From positions 1-29,931 of the forward strand of contig JBGSTX010000204.1 in assembly GCA_041736305.1 (NCBI GenBank): a stretch of 29,931 nt of DNA. Direction: 5' to 3'. Source of the stretch: Oligoflexus sp. (GTDB lineage Bacteria; Bdellovibrionota_B; Oligoflexia; Oligoflexales; Oligoflexaceae). Shown one piece after another: positions 1 to 9,240 of this stretch; position 1 is the stretch's first letter; each line of letters begins with the position of its first letter. The notes beneath the pieces are model-generated. The model saw nothing but the letters and a program-made list of their open reading frames with translations, was not told where the DNA came from and did not search any database. Made by a program: the position numbers and the translations under genes.

Positions 1-378
1 CGCAGTGAAGGGCTTGCTATCCTTCAATTCGACCTCAAAGTCGCCGCCGTCGTAGACATCAACGTCACCTTCGCCCATAGGGTCTTTCTGCAGACGGCTA
101 GGCGGCTCGGTCACGATGCGGAGACTGTGGGTGCTCGGACCCTCTATCGAGAGACGGCTTTTATAAATCGTAAAATTATCGCGCGTGCTGAGCCTCAAAC
201 CGATGAGGATCCGGCCGTCGGGCTCGGCTATCGCTTGTGCAGCGGTCCAAATAATGACATCGGCGGGGTGAATATCGACTTTGTTTTTCCCGGGCAAGTC
301 GAATTCCTGCCCGCGGCCAGGCGAAGTCGAAAGCATGAGACCGAGGGTCCAAAGGACGGCGATCCAAATCCGCAACAC
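1..378 (-). CDS. Partial (runs off the window edge) exported protein resembling the N-terminal domain of thiol:disulfide interchange protein DsbD
   Basis: Not in the ORF track. My translation from GTG at 378 (RBS AAAGGAG upstream) gives MLRIWIAVLWTLGLMLSTSPGRGQEF...FTIYKSRLSIEG...QKDPMGEGDVDVYDGG, open to base 1. It has a signal peptide and a DsbD-N-like 'Y-K...D-P-x-G...VY' pattern. Confidence 0.55.
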   Translation of the reverse strand, partial: MLRIWIAVLWTLGLMLSTSPGRGQEFDLPGKNKVDIHPADVIIWTAAQAIAEPDGRILIGLRLSTRDNFTIYKSRLSIEGPSTHSLRIVTEPPSRLQKDPMGEGDVDVYDGGDFEVELKDSKPFTA

Positions 379-582
379 AGCTACTCCTTTTTTCAAAAAA
401 ACGGCAAGCAGCGGCAGAAACATCAGCAAAAGCTCACAAAGCCGCTCGGATGAGATTAATATCTTACTTTCTATGCGTATCGCCCGCCTTATTTCTCTCA
501 AGTGGGGATAGGTTATCCGGAAATTTAGATCCGTCTAGAGCTTTTTGACGTGTATTAATGGCGCTATACAGATAAAGTTTGC

Positions 583-611
583 TTGACGAGTCAGGCCCTT
601 TTTCGTACTAG
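583..611 (+). promoter_or_regulatory. Putative sigma70 promoter of rplX
   Basis: TTGACG-N17-TACTAG, about 70 bp upstream of the rplX ATG. Confidence 0.45.
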
Positions 612-683
612 AAGGTTTCCTCAAAGGGGCCTAGGCTCCAGAGTCAAGAAGCAGAACAGAGCAACCAACGGTGGATATGTATT

Positions 684-1031
684 ATGGCGCAGCAAACCGT
701 GAAGACCAAATACCAGGAAAAGTTTCGCTTGAAGAAGGGCGACGACGTCGTTGTTCTCACGGGCAAATCTAAAGGCGGCGTGGGCAAAATCGACAAGGTC
801 GATTTCAAGAAGAACGCTGTCCTCGTCAGTGGACTGAACATCTTCAAGAAGCATGCGAAGCCTGGCGTCAACGGTGACGAAGGCGGCATCATCGAAAAAG
901 TTATGCCAATCCATATTAGCAACGTAGCTTTGGTCGACCCGAAGACTAAAAAAGCGACCCGCGTCGGCTACAAGTCCGAAAGCGGCAAGAAGACTCGCGT
1001 AGCGAAGTCTTCGAAAAGCGTCCTCAGCTAA
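684..1031 (+). CDS. rplX: 50S ribosomal protein L24
   Basis: KOW motif LKKGDDVVVLTGKSKG, KKHAKP...GGIIEKVMPIHISNVALVDP, TRVGYK. Confidence 0.97.
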   Translation: MAQQTVKTKYQEKFRLKKGDDVVVLTGKSKGGVGKIDKVDFKKNAVLVSGLNIFKKHAKPGVNGDEGGIIEKVMPIHISNVALVDPKTKKATRVGYKSESGKKTRVAKSSKSVLS

Positions 1032-1053
1032 GAGACGCTGATTTTTGTCTAGG

Positions 1054-1096
1054 AAAGAGCCTGGCTCAGGAGACTAAATCTCTAGCCGGGCTTTTT
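1054..1096. terminator. Likely bidirectional intrinsic terminator between convergent rplX and the diheme gene
   Basis: GAGCCTGGCT...AGCCGGGCTT stem flanked by A-rich and T-rich runs. Confidence 0.65.
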
Positions 1097-2582
1097 ACTT
1101 CTTGTCATTCAATGCGCTGAGATCTTCAACCGGCGCGCTCAAACTTCGCAAAAATGCTTCGAGATCCTCAAGCTGCTCGGCTTCGAGACGCAGCGGCTTG
1201 AGACTTTCCTCGCGATGCCCGACAGCGGGCTCCTCGTCTAATCTGTTGTAGTAAGCCAGGACATCGGAAAGCTCAGCAAAGCGGCCGTCGTGCATATAGG
1301 GGGGCGTATTCGCTACGTTGCGAAGCGTGGGAGTCTTGAACGCTCCTACCATCTCTTGCAAGTCGGTGCGAATGTAAGGCAGTTCAGAACAGCTATCACT
1401 TATGCGCTGCTCATTAGAAGGGAAAGGCAGGGAAAGCAGTGCCGGTAAACCTTCGCAGTTCATGAGGTCGGCTTTCAGAGCTTGGATCCCTGCAACGCGA
1501 CCAAGATCCAACTGCGAGCCATGCTGGGGCAGACCAATATTGTGAAATTCTTGATCGGAAAAAGTAGGTCCGCTGTGACACGACGCGCAGCCTGACTCCA
1601 TGAAAGTCCGAAAGCCGCGCCAGTGCTGGCTTCTAAAGCCCTCTCCAAAAGCTTTTTCGGCAGGTGTAGACGCCGGGAGTTCCTGCCAGCGTTCGATAAA
1701 ACGATCGAAAGGCGAACGACGCGCAATCAGGCCACGCTCATACTGGGCAAGAGCCCAGGAATAGCGGGCAAAGATTCCATTGAGATCTTTTTGCTGCTGC
1801 TCGCTTAAAGCCGCAAAGGCCCTTGTGGCAGGTGTTTCAGCGGGATTTGGCCAGTAGGCGCGAGCCAAATGGCGCTGAGGTGCTTGGCGAGCGTCAGCAC
1901 CAGCCTGTATCCAGTTCACTTGCAGACTGCCATCACCGATAGTCGCTAGTGCGTAGTGAGCGATAGAAAGAGGTAGCTCAAAGGCCTTGGCTAGGGGCTG
2001 GGCTCGGAAGGCTTCGCTTTGCTTCAACTGCTCTAGGAGCGAGCTGGGAAAGGGTCCGAAGAGATCTTCATACGCGCTGCGATAGTAGCGAAACAGAGTC
2101 TGTGCGGAACGTCCACGATCGAAACCATGTTCGAGCACGGCCTCGAGAGGGCCCTGAACTTGGGCTGTGAGGGAGTCGGCTCGGCCATCCCAAAAAAACC
2201 AGTGTGCGGCAAAGCTGTTGACGAGGCTCGGCGTATGGCGTCGGGTGGGAGCGATTCCTATCGCGAGCGGACGGCCGTCGGTAAAGTCGCGGCCCGGCTG
2301 ATGACAGCTTGCACAGGCGATTTCTCCGGAATCCGAAAAGCGAGCATCGCTGAACAGTTGTCGCCCGAGATTGGCAGCTCGCCGCTCGCTCGCGCTGAAG
2401 GCAGGCTCATCTTTTAAGCGCAGGTTCCCTAGGAGAGAGCGAAGCTCTTCCTCAGAAAATGCGAGGGGAATATGGCGTTCGTCGCTTCCGAAGGGCAAGT
2501 TTGGCCCGATAAACCAGAAAAGCCCGATGAGGGCTAGTACGAGAAAGCTTGACGATGCGCGTCTCCCGGAAAGAAGAGACAT
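1095..2582 (-). CDS. Diheme cytochrome c peroxidase/MauG-family protein
   Basis: Two CASCH heme motifs, LGRQLFSDARFS, FFWDGRA, FHNIG, FKTPTLRNVANTPPYMHDG. Start placed at ATG 2582 (AAAAGGA RBS, followed by an N-terminal TM segment) rather than 2759. Confidence 0.9.
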   Translation of the reverse strand: MSLLSGRRASSSFLVLALIGLFWFIGPNLPFGSDERHIPLAFSEEELRSLLGNLRLKDEPAFSASERRAANLGRQLFSDARFSDSGEIACASCHQPGRDFTDGRPLAIGIAPTRRHTPSLVNSFAAHWFFWDGRADSLTAQVQGPLEAVLEHGFDRGRSAQTLFRYYRSAYEDLFGPFPSSLLEQLKQSEAFRAQPLAKAFELPLSIAHYALATIGDGSLQVNWIQAGADARQAPQRHLARAYWPNPAETPATRAFAALSEQQQKDLNGIFARYSWALAQYERGLIARRSPFDRFIERWQELPASTPAEKAFGEGFRSQHWRGFRTFMESGCASCHSGPTFSDQEFHNIGLPQHGSQLDLGRVAGIQALKADLMNCEGLPALLSLPFPSNEQRISDSCSELPYIRTDLQEMVGAFKTPTLRNVANTPPYMHDGRFAELSDVLAYYNRLDEEPAVGHREESLKPLRLEAEQLEDLEAFLRSLSAPVEDLSALNDKK

Positions 2583-2873
2583 AAGGGTTGTTTCCTTTTT
2601 AATCACGCCAATCGCGGCTGGGGGCAGCCTAGCACTCAGTCGGCTGGTGAGCAAGTCGCTTGGAACCAGGTCTGGGGTTCGCACAGCGCCGATGCGCATT
2701 GCCCTTCTGTCACCATGGTGCAGATAAAAATCAAATTCGTTCTGCAGTTCGTGGTTCACATTGCAGAAAATTTGTAGTTAATATAACAACTCTCCGTCAA
2801 TCCTAGCGGTGACACATCGGGTCGTCATTGCTCACATCGTGTCGAATCACTTTGCGTGGAGTTTTACTGGCTC

Positions 2874-3941
2874 ATGGTTTCTCTCGTTAGGGTGTTCAAA
2901 GTAGCTTTATTTTTTATCCTTTCCCTAGGGTTCACGGCATGCTTTGAAAAGTTGCCGATGTCGACGGCTCACGTAGTCACGGAATGGGGGCACGAGATCA
3001 ATCACGTGTATCTCATCACGACCGTGATCACTTGCTTAATTTTCGTCGCAGTGGCAGTTCCGTTCTGCTATGCGCTTTGGAAGTTCCGTGAGAAGCCAGG
3101 CGACACCCGCATCCCCGTCCAGGTTCGCGGCAATCATAAGCTCGAGATTCTCTGGACTCTGATTCCTGTCGTGCTGCTCATCTTCATTTTTCTCCCCTCG
3201 CTCGAAATCATTATGAAGCGCGGTGCTGAGCCTCCTGCAGGAACGTTTACGATCGAAGTAATCGGTCACCAGTGGTGGTGGGAGTTCCGTTATCCGGACC
3301 TCGGGATCGTCACAGCCAATGAGCTCTACGTCCCTGAGAAGACGCCTATCCTTCTCAAGCTGAAGTCTGCTGACGTCATCCACGCTTTCTGGATACCGCG
3401 TTGGGGTGGTAAGATGGACATGCTTCCAGGCGTGACCAACTTATTGACCTATACGACGCCTGCGGTAGAGGATCCGATTCGCGGTGACTACTACCAAGGT
3501 CATTGTACAGAACTCTGTGGTCTCTCCCACGCTCGCATGCGCTACGAAGCCATCGTCTTGCCGAAAGAACGCTTCGATCAGTGGGCTAAGACAGCCATGA
3601 ATCCTCCACTCGTCGCTTCTGCTTTGGAAAAGAAGGGGCAAGAGTTGTTCATGACCAAGACTTGCTTCACTTGCCACGCGATCGCTGGTACCACGGCGAA
3701 AGGTCAGATAGGCCCCGATCTCACCAACTTCGGCAACCGCCGTATGCTGGCTTCTGGGACCTTGCATAATGACACCAAAGGTTTTCATAACTGGCTGCGG
3801 GACTCTGTCGATTCAAAGCCCGACTATCAGAACGTCAAACCGGGCAGCTTGATGGTGTTCGCGGAAAACTTCGTCCTTACCGACGAAGATATCAAGGCGC
3901 TGCAGGCTTACCTGCAGCACTCGACCGCCAAGACTTTTTAA
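2874..3941 (+). CDS. coxB: Cytochrome c oxidase subunit II with fused cytochrome c (caa3 type)
   Basis: GHQWWWEFRY, DVIHAFW, CuA motif CTELCGLSHARM, C-terminal CFTCH heme motif, lipobox-like GFTAC. Start could be 2856 or 2874. Confidence 0.95.
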   Translation: MVSLVRVFKVALFFILSLGFTACFEKLPMSTAHVVTEWGHEINHVYLITTVITCLIFVAVAVPFCYALWKFREKPGDTRIPVQVRGNHKLEILWTLIPVVLLIFIFLPSLEIIMKRGAEPPAGTFTIEVIGHQWWWEFRYPDLGIVTANELYVPEKTPILLKLKSADVIHAFWIPRWGGKMDMLPGVTNLLTYTTPAVEDPIRGDYYQGHCTELCGLSHARMRYEAIVLPKERFDQWAKTAMNPPLVASALEKKGQELFMTKTCFTCHAIAGTTAKGQIGPDLTNFGNRRMLASGTLHNDTKGFHNWLRDSVDSKPDYQNVKPGSLMVFAENFVLTDEDIKALQAYLQHSTAKTF

Positions 3942-3981
3942 TCGAACGACGGACTATCCCTTCAGGAGGTAATGTTTTTGT

Positions 3982-5790
3982 ATGAGTAATCACAGCGCAC
4001 CCAACACTGGGTTATGGGGCTGGATCACGACGGTAGATCACAAGAAGATCGCCATTCTCTATGCGCTTTCGTCGTTGTTTTTCTTTTTTCTAGGCGGCGT
4101 CGAAGCGATGATCATGCGTACGCAGCTGATCATTCCCAACAATGATTTCGTGACGGCACGGACTTTTAACTCGATGGTAACGATGCACGGTACGACGATG
4201 ATCTTCCTCGTCGTCATGCCTCTCTCATCGGCGTTCTTCAACTTTCTGATACCGATTATGATCGGTGCTCGCGATGTAGCCTTCCCCCGGCTTAACGCGC
4301 TGAGTTTCTGGATTTTCTTTTTTGGAGGTATCCTGCTCAATGCCGGTTACTTCATCAACGAAGTGCCGCGTCAGGGCTGGTTCGGCTACGCTAACCTCAC
4401 TGACCGGCAGTATACCCCGGATCTTTCGGTGGACTTTTGGGCGATGGGTTTGCAGGTAGTCGGTCTCGCTTCGCTCATTGCCTCGATTAACTTTTTCGTC
4501 ACAATTATGAACATGCGTTGCAAGGGGATGACTCTTCTCAAGATGCCCATGTTTGTCTGGACTTCACTTGTTACCCAGGTCTTGCTCTTCCTCGCTCTGC
4601 CCGTCATTACCGTCGCTCTCGTGATGATCACCTTCGATCGGCACTTCGGAACTGGCTTCTTCAATCCAGGTGCTGGTGGTTCGGTTATCCTTTGGCAGCA
4701 CCTTTTCTGGGTCTTCGGCCATCCAGAAGTTTATATCCTCATCCTGCCAGCGATGGGTATCGTGTCCGAAATTCTGCCGACGTTTTCTAAAAAACCGCTC
4801 TTCGGCTATTCAGTCATGGTCTATTCGAGCTGTGCGATCGGCTTCCTCGGCTTTGCTGTCTGGGCTCACCACATGTTCACGACTGGTCTTGGACCCTGGG
4901 CGACCACCTTCTTTACGGCGGCGACTATGCTCATCGCTGTCCCTACCGGTGTCAAAATCTTTAACTGGATATCGACGGTCTGGGGTGGACGCATCCATTT
5001 CAACACCGCTTCGCTTTTCGGACTGAGCTTCGTTGCGATGTTCACCTTCGGCGGTCTCTCGGGGATCATGCACTCCTCAGCCCCTATCGATACGCAGCAT
5101 CAAGACACCTATTTCGTCGTCGCCCACTTTCACTATGTTCTCTACGGCGGAGCTGTGATGGGTCTTTTCGGTGGAGTTTTCTATTGGTTTCCCAAAGTCA
5201 CGGGACGTTTTCTGCACGAAGGAATGGGCAAGGTTCAGTTCTGGCTATTCATGATCGGCTTTAACGTGACCTTCTTCCCGATGCACTTCCTCGGTGTTCA
5301 AGGTATGCCTCGGCGTAACTACACCTATGCGGCGGATCAGGGTTGGGACCTGTGGAATCTCGTGGCCACTCTCGGTGCCTATACTACGGCCATCGGTGGA
5401 CTCCTCTTCTTTTACAACCTCTTTTACAGCATCAAACGCGGTGCTTTGGCTCCGGCGGATCCTTGGGATGGTCGTACCCTCGAGTGGACGATTCCTTCAC
5501 CTCCTCCTGAGTACAACTTCGGCATCGAACCCGTAGTGAAGAATCTCGACGATTTCTGGCATCAAAAATACGACGAGCAGGGTCAGCGCCTGAGCCTGCC
5601 GGCCAAGGCTTCCTATGACCCGCATTCGATTCACTTGCCGAATCCTTCCTACTGGCCTATCTGCTTGGCTGCGGGATTGACTTTGGGAGCCGCAGGCTTC
5701 TTTATCAAAGGTTTTGGACTTTATGTGAGTCTGCTGGGCGTGGCTATCGTTCTGATAAGCTCGTACGGTTGGGCCTATGAAGAAGCATAA
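3982..5790 (+). CDS. coxA: Cytochrome c oxidase subunit I (A1-type heme-copper oxidase)
   Basis: DHKKI, TMHGTTMIF, FGHPEVY, WAHHMF, AHFHY, GMPRR; two extra C-terminal TM helices; RBS AGGAGG. Confidence 0.98.
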   Translation: MSNHSAPNTGLWGWITTVDHKKIAILYALSSLFFFFLGGVEAMIMRTQLIIPNNDFVTARTFNSMVTMHGTTMIFLVVMPLSSAFFNFLIPIMIGARDVAFPRLNALSFWIFFFGGILLNAGYFINEVPRQGWFGYANLTDRQYTPDLSVDFWAMGLQVVGLASLIASINFFVTIMNMRCKGMTLLKMPMFVWTSLVTQVLLFLALPVITVALVMITFDRHFGTGFFNPGAGGSVILWQHLFWVFGHPEVYILILPAMGIVSEILPTFSKKPLFGYSVMVYSSCAIGFLGFAVWAHHMFTTGLGPWATTFFTAATMLIAVPTGVKIFNWISTVWGGRIHFNTASLFGLSFVAMFTFGGLSGIMHSSAPIDTQHQDTYFVVAHFHYVLYGGAVMGLFGGVFYWFPKVTGRFLHEGMGKVQFWLFMIGFNVTFFPMHFLGVQGMPRRNYTYAADQGWDLWNLVATLGAYTTAIGGLLFFYNLFYSIKRGALAPADPWDGRTLEWTIPSPPPEYNFGIEPVVKNLDDFWHQKYDEQGQRLSLPAKASYDPHSIHLPNPSYWPICLAAGLTLGAAGFFIKGFGLYVSLLGVAIVLISSYGWAYEEA

Positions 5791-5808
5791 GAGGAGGGGG
5801 CTAGTAGG

Positions 5809-6390
5809 ATGAGCGCGCATCTCGAGACCAATACGGGCGTTGATAACCGTAAGTTTGCTATGTGGACCTTGATCGGTTCGGAGTGCTTTCTCTTTGGCAC
5901 TCTGATCGTCAACTATATGATCAACCGCAACCGTGGGCTGGCTGGTCCGACGGGTCCTGAGATCTTCAACATCGACCTCACCACTCTTTCGACTTTCGAC
6001 CTGCTCATGAGTTCGGTGGCGATGGCCCTTGCGGTGTTTTACTGCAAGCAAAAACGGCTCCGCGCCATGCAGATCAGTCTCGCGACGGTCGTGATCTTCG
6101 GTCTCTTTTTTCTCGGCTTCCAATACTACGAGTTCAACCACTTCGTTAATGAGGGCTTGTCCCTCGGCACCAATATTTTTGGTTCCTCTTTTTACCTGCT
6201 GACAGGTTGTCACGGCATTCACGTTGCCATCGGTGTTATGATCATCAGTACCTTACTGATCCAATCGCTCATCAAGGGGGAAAGTTGGTTCAACGATGAT
6301 GTGGTCGAGATCTGTGGCCTTTACTGGCACTTTGTTGATGTTATCTGGATCATTATTTTTACAGTCGTTTTACTTTTAGTTTTGATCTAG
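5809..6390 (+). CDS. coxC: Cytochrome c oxidase subunit III (short form)
   Basis: SECFLF, FYLLTGCHGIHV, GLYWHFVDVIW. Confidence 0.95.
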   Translation: MSAHLETNTGVDNRKFAMWTLIGSECFLFGTLIVNYMINRNRGLAGPTGPEIFNIDLTTLSTFDLLMSSVAMALAVFYCKQKRLRAMQISLATVVIFGLFFLGFQYYEFNHFVNEGLSLGTNIFGSSFYLLTGCHGIHVAIGVMIISTLLIQSLIKGESWFNDDVVEICGLYWHFVDVIWIIIFTVVLLLVLI

Positions 6391-6402
6391 GAGCAAGAGA
6401 TC

Positions 6403-6699
6403 ATGGCCCACGAAGAGCACAGTGCTCATGCAACCGTCTCACTCTACTGGATTTTCTGTGTGATCCTCGGGATCATCACGGCCTTAGAGTGGGCTATTTT
6501 CAAGTATAAAGACCCCTGGGGAGTCAGTAATTTCGCCCTCATTACATCTCTGAGTGTGATGTCGGTCGTGAAGTTCATCATGGTCGTCGGCTGGTACATG
6601 CATTTGCGCTACGACCCGAAGATGATTAAGTTCGTCTTCATCTTCTCATTTTTGATGATCAGCGGAACGGCAGCTGGCCTGCTTATGCTTATGGCCTGA
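6403..6699 (+). CDS. Cytochrome c oxidase subunit IV family protein
   Basis: Three TM segments, KF..V..WYMHLRYD motif, position in the operon. Confidence 0.88.
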   Translation: MAHEEHSAHATVSLYWIFCVILGIITALEWAIFKYKDPWGVSNFALITSLSVMSVVKFIMVVGWYMHLRYDPKMIKFVFIFSFLMISGTAAGLLMLMA

Positions 6700-6769
6700 G
6701 CTTGAATCCAGCGTGAAATAAGGCTAAGGTGTGGACCTCGCGTCTTTTTGATGAGTCGAGGTTTTACCT

Positions 6770-7672
6770 ATGCCTAGCCTTTACGCCCATGCGCTCTACG
6801 ACAGACTTCCCAACGATCTCTTCGTCTTCAAGTGGGATTTCGATCCAACGCTTTTTTTCTTCGTATTCATGCTCATCTTTTACATCCGCGGTTACCGTCG
6901 ATTCAAACGCAAGCCCGTCAAGCCTTGGCAGCTGCTATGCTTTGGTTTGGGCGTTAGCCTTTGTATACTTGGTCTGATGCCGCCAGTTGACCCGCTTTCC
7001 GATCAGCTCTTCTGGGCCCACATGATTCAGCATATGATGATCGCCCATTTGGGTGTTCCTCTAATGCTCTTCGGCATTCCGTTTTTCGTCGTCTTGCGGG
7101 GCATTCCCAATTGGGCCAGACGCTATATATATTTTCCGCTCTTGCGTAGTCGGGTCTTTGAGTTTCTAGGCAAGACCATAGCTCGCCCGCTGCCTTCTCT
7201 GATCTTTTTCGAAGCATCCTTTTGGTTCTGGCATATTCCACGCTTTTACAATCTAGCTCTGCTGAACGATTTTTTTCATATCCTTGAACACGCAAACTTC
7301 GCCTTGGCAGCTATGCTTCTGTGGCGTAATATTATCGATCCGCATCCCATGCGTTCCCCTCTTCCGCTTCCTGCCCGCATGCTCTTTTTGGCTGCGATGG
7401 AAGCTTCAGGCATCATCCTCAGCGCGATTCTGACTTTTTCAGATGATATCCTCTATGCTTACGAGGGTATTCCGATGCCTGCTTGGTGGGCGCATTGGGG
7501 CCATCTTCAGGATCAACGCCTCGGCGGGCTGATCATGTGGGTTCCCGGTGGTTTTATCAATCTGATGGCTCTCACTGCTGTATTTTTCGTCTGGGTGCAG
7601 AGGGAAGAGAAGAAAGATAAGAAGCTCAAAGAAGCCGAAGCACAGACCTTGCGACCGCTCAGTGTTTCCTGA
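6770..7672 (+). CDS. ctaG: caa3-type cytochrome c oxidase assembly factor (Caa3_CtaG family)
   Basis: LFWAHMIQHM, WFWHIP, HILEH, DQRLGGLIMWVPG. Confidence 0.88.
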   Translation: MPSLYAHALYDRLPNDLFVFKWDFDPTLFFFVFMLIFYIRGYRRFKRKPVKPWQLLCFGLGVSLCILGLMPPVDPLSDQLFWAHMIQHMMIAHLGVPLMLFGIPFFVVLRGIPNWARRYIYFPLLRSRVFEFLGKTIARPLPSLIFFEASFWFWHIPRFYNLALLNDFFHILEHANFALAAMLLWRNIIDPHPMRSPLPLPARMLFLAAMEASGIILSAILTFSDDILYAYEGIPMPAWWAHWGHLQDQRLGGLIMWVPGGFINLMALTAVFFVWVQREEKKDKKLKEAEAQTLRPLSVS

Positions 7673-7693
7673 ATGTTTTTTGAAGCTTTGCGA

Positions 7694-7722
7694 TTGACAG
7701 GCGCGAAGCTTTACCTTAATTT
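7694..7722 (+). promoter_or_regulatory. Sigma70 promoter of tRNA-Asp
   Basis: TTGACA-N17-TAATTT just upstream of the tRNA. Confidence 0.65.
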
Positions 7723-7736
7723 CAGGTTTCTCTAGC

Positions 7737-7813
<77 letters not shown>

Positions 7814-7828
7814 CTCTCAAGCCGAAAT

Positions 7829-7868
7829 GCTGAAACTTCAGGAATACCTGGGTTTCAGCTTTTTTTTT
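7829..7868 (+). terminator. Rho-independent terminator after the tRNA
   Basis: GCTGAAACTTCAGG-AATA-CCTGGGTTTCAGC followed by a long T run. Confidence 0.9.
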
Positions 7869-7896
7869 ATCAGCTTTGTCGCTGGAGTAGAATTTG

Positions 7897-9093
7897 ATGA
7901 CGAAGGCAATCAATCAGAACTACTCGACAGCAATCGTCGGCAGCGGACCTGCAGGTTTGATGGCTGCGGAGGTTATTTCTGCAGCCGGTTTGTCCGTTAG
8001 CATTTTTGAAAAGCGCAAAGGTCCTTCCTGGAAACTTTACATCGCCGGTAGTTCAGGTCTCAATATTACCAACAGTCTTCCCACCGATGAGATGCTTCGC
8101 TACTACAGCGGACCAGAGGAACTTTGGCGATCGATTCTAGAAAACTTTACGCCTCGCGATTGGCTGCGCTTTATAGAAGAAGATCTAGGAATAGGCACCT
8201 TTCTCGGAACTAGTCAGCGCTATTTCGTTGAGACCATGCATGCGGCCCTTCTCGTCAGACAGTGGCGTCGTCGTCTCGAAAGCCGCGGGGTGATGTTTTT
8301 ATTCGATCATGAATGGCAAGGATTGGAACGAAATTCCGAGGGCCAGTGGCATTTGAATTTCCGAGGGCAAGCTTCACAGAAATGTGCGGCCTTGGGACTC
8401 TGTTTAGGAGGGGCTAGCTGGGAAAGCGAAGCCGTGGCTTGGCCAGAGGTTTTGGCAGCCAAGGACATCCGCTGCGTTCCTTTCACAGCGGCGAATACTG
8501 GCTTCGAAGTAGAGTGGCCGGCAGCCTTAAAAATCGAAGCCGAAGGTCTGCCCCTCAAAAACATCGAGCTAAAGACTAGTCTCGGTAAAAAGCGAGGCGA
8601 CCTCATCATCACTTCTTATGGGCTCGAAGGCACTCCTATCTACTTCTATGGAACACCAGGTCGAGCGACAATAGATCTCAAACCTGATCTCGAGCCGGCG
8701 GCATTGCTGGCGAAATTGAGCAAGAGCCGCGAAAACCTATCTCTGCTGCGACGCGCACAGAAAGTTTTGAATCTTTCACCCGCCTCCCGCGCGCTACTCT
8801 TTCATCTGCTCCCTCCTCATGCACGAGACGATATCAACGCGTTCGTCGCGCACCTTAAGGCCCTACCACTGGAGCTTCGCGGACCACGCCCGCTCAGCGA
8901 ATCCATTTCTTCGCGAGGTGGCGTAGCCTGGACCGAAGTCGATCCGAGTCTGATGCTGCGCAAGTGTCCATCCGTATTTCTTGCGGGTGAAATGCTCGAC
9001 TGGGAAGCTCCGACGGGTGGGTTTTTGATTCAGGGCTGCGTGTCTCAGGGCCGTTGGATGGGTCAAGAGATCGTCCGCTCGCTCGCGCGATAA
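7897..9093 (+). CDS. HI0933/YhiN-like (TIGR03862-type) FAD-dependent oxidoreductase
   Basis: GSGPAGLMAAE dinucleotide-binding motif, AGSSGLNITN, ITSYGLEGTPIY, GEMLDWEAPTGGFLIQ. Confidence 0.88.
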   Translation: MTKAINQNYSTAIVGSGPAGLMAAEVISAAGLSVSIFEKRKGPSWKLYIAGSSGLNITNSLPTDEMLRYYSGPEELWRSILENFTPRDWLRFIEEDLGIGTFLGTSQRYFVETMHAALLVRQWRRRLESRGVMFLFDHEWQGLERNSEGQWHLNFRGQASQKCAALGLCLGGASWESEAVAWPEVLAAKDIRCVPFTAANTGFEVEWPAALKIEAEGLPLKNIELKTSLGKKRGDLIITSYGLEGTPIYFYGTPGRATIDLKPDLEPAALLAKLSKSRENLSLLRRAQKVLNLSPASRALLFHLLPPHARDDINAFVAHLKALPLELRGPRPLSESISSRGGVAWTEVDPSLMLRKCPSVFLAGEMLDWEAPTGGFLIQGCVSQGRWMGQEIVRSLAR

Positions 9094-9240
9094 GGACGGC
9101 AACTGTCACCACGTATACACATTCTCAAAGCTTCTTAGGCGCGCCGTTTCAGGGGAAGGTTTTTCCCAATTGCGCTAAGGGAGAGGCTTTCCTATAAGGT
9201 GTGCAGAGTACCTAAGAGTTAGAATTTAGAAGAGGTCCAC

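Noticed and set aside
127..511. Plus-strand ORFs 127-453 and 281-511
   Set aside because: Better explained as shadows of the minus-strand gene starting at 378, which has an RBS and signal peptide
630..646. CTAGGCTCCAGAGTC upstream of rplX as a remnant of the rplN 3' end (LAPEV)
   Set aside because: Only about 9 nt (Ala-Pro-Glu) match in frame; compatible with chance
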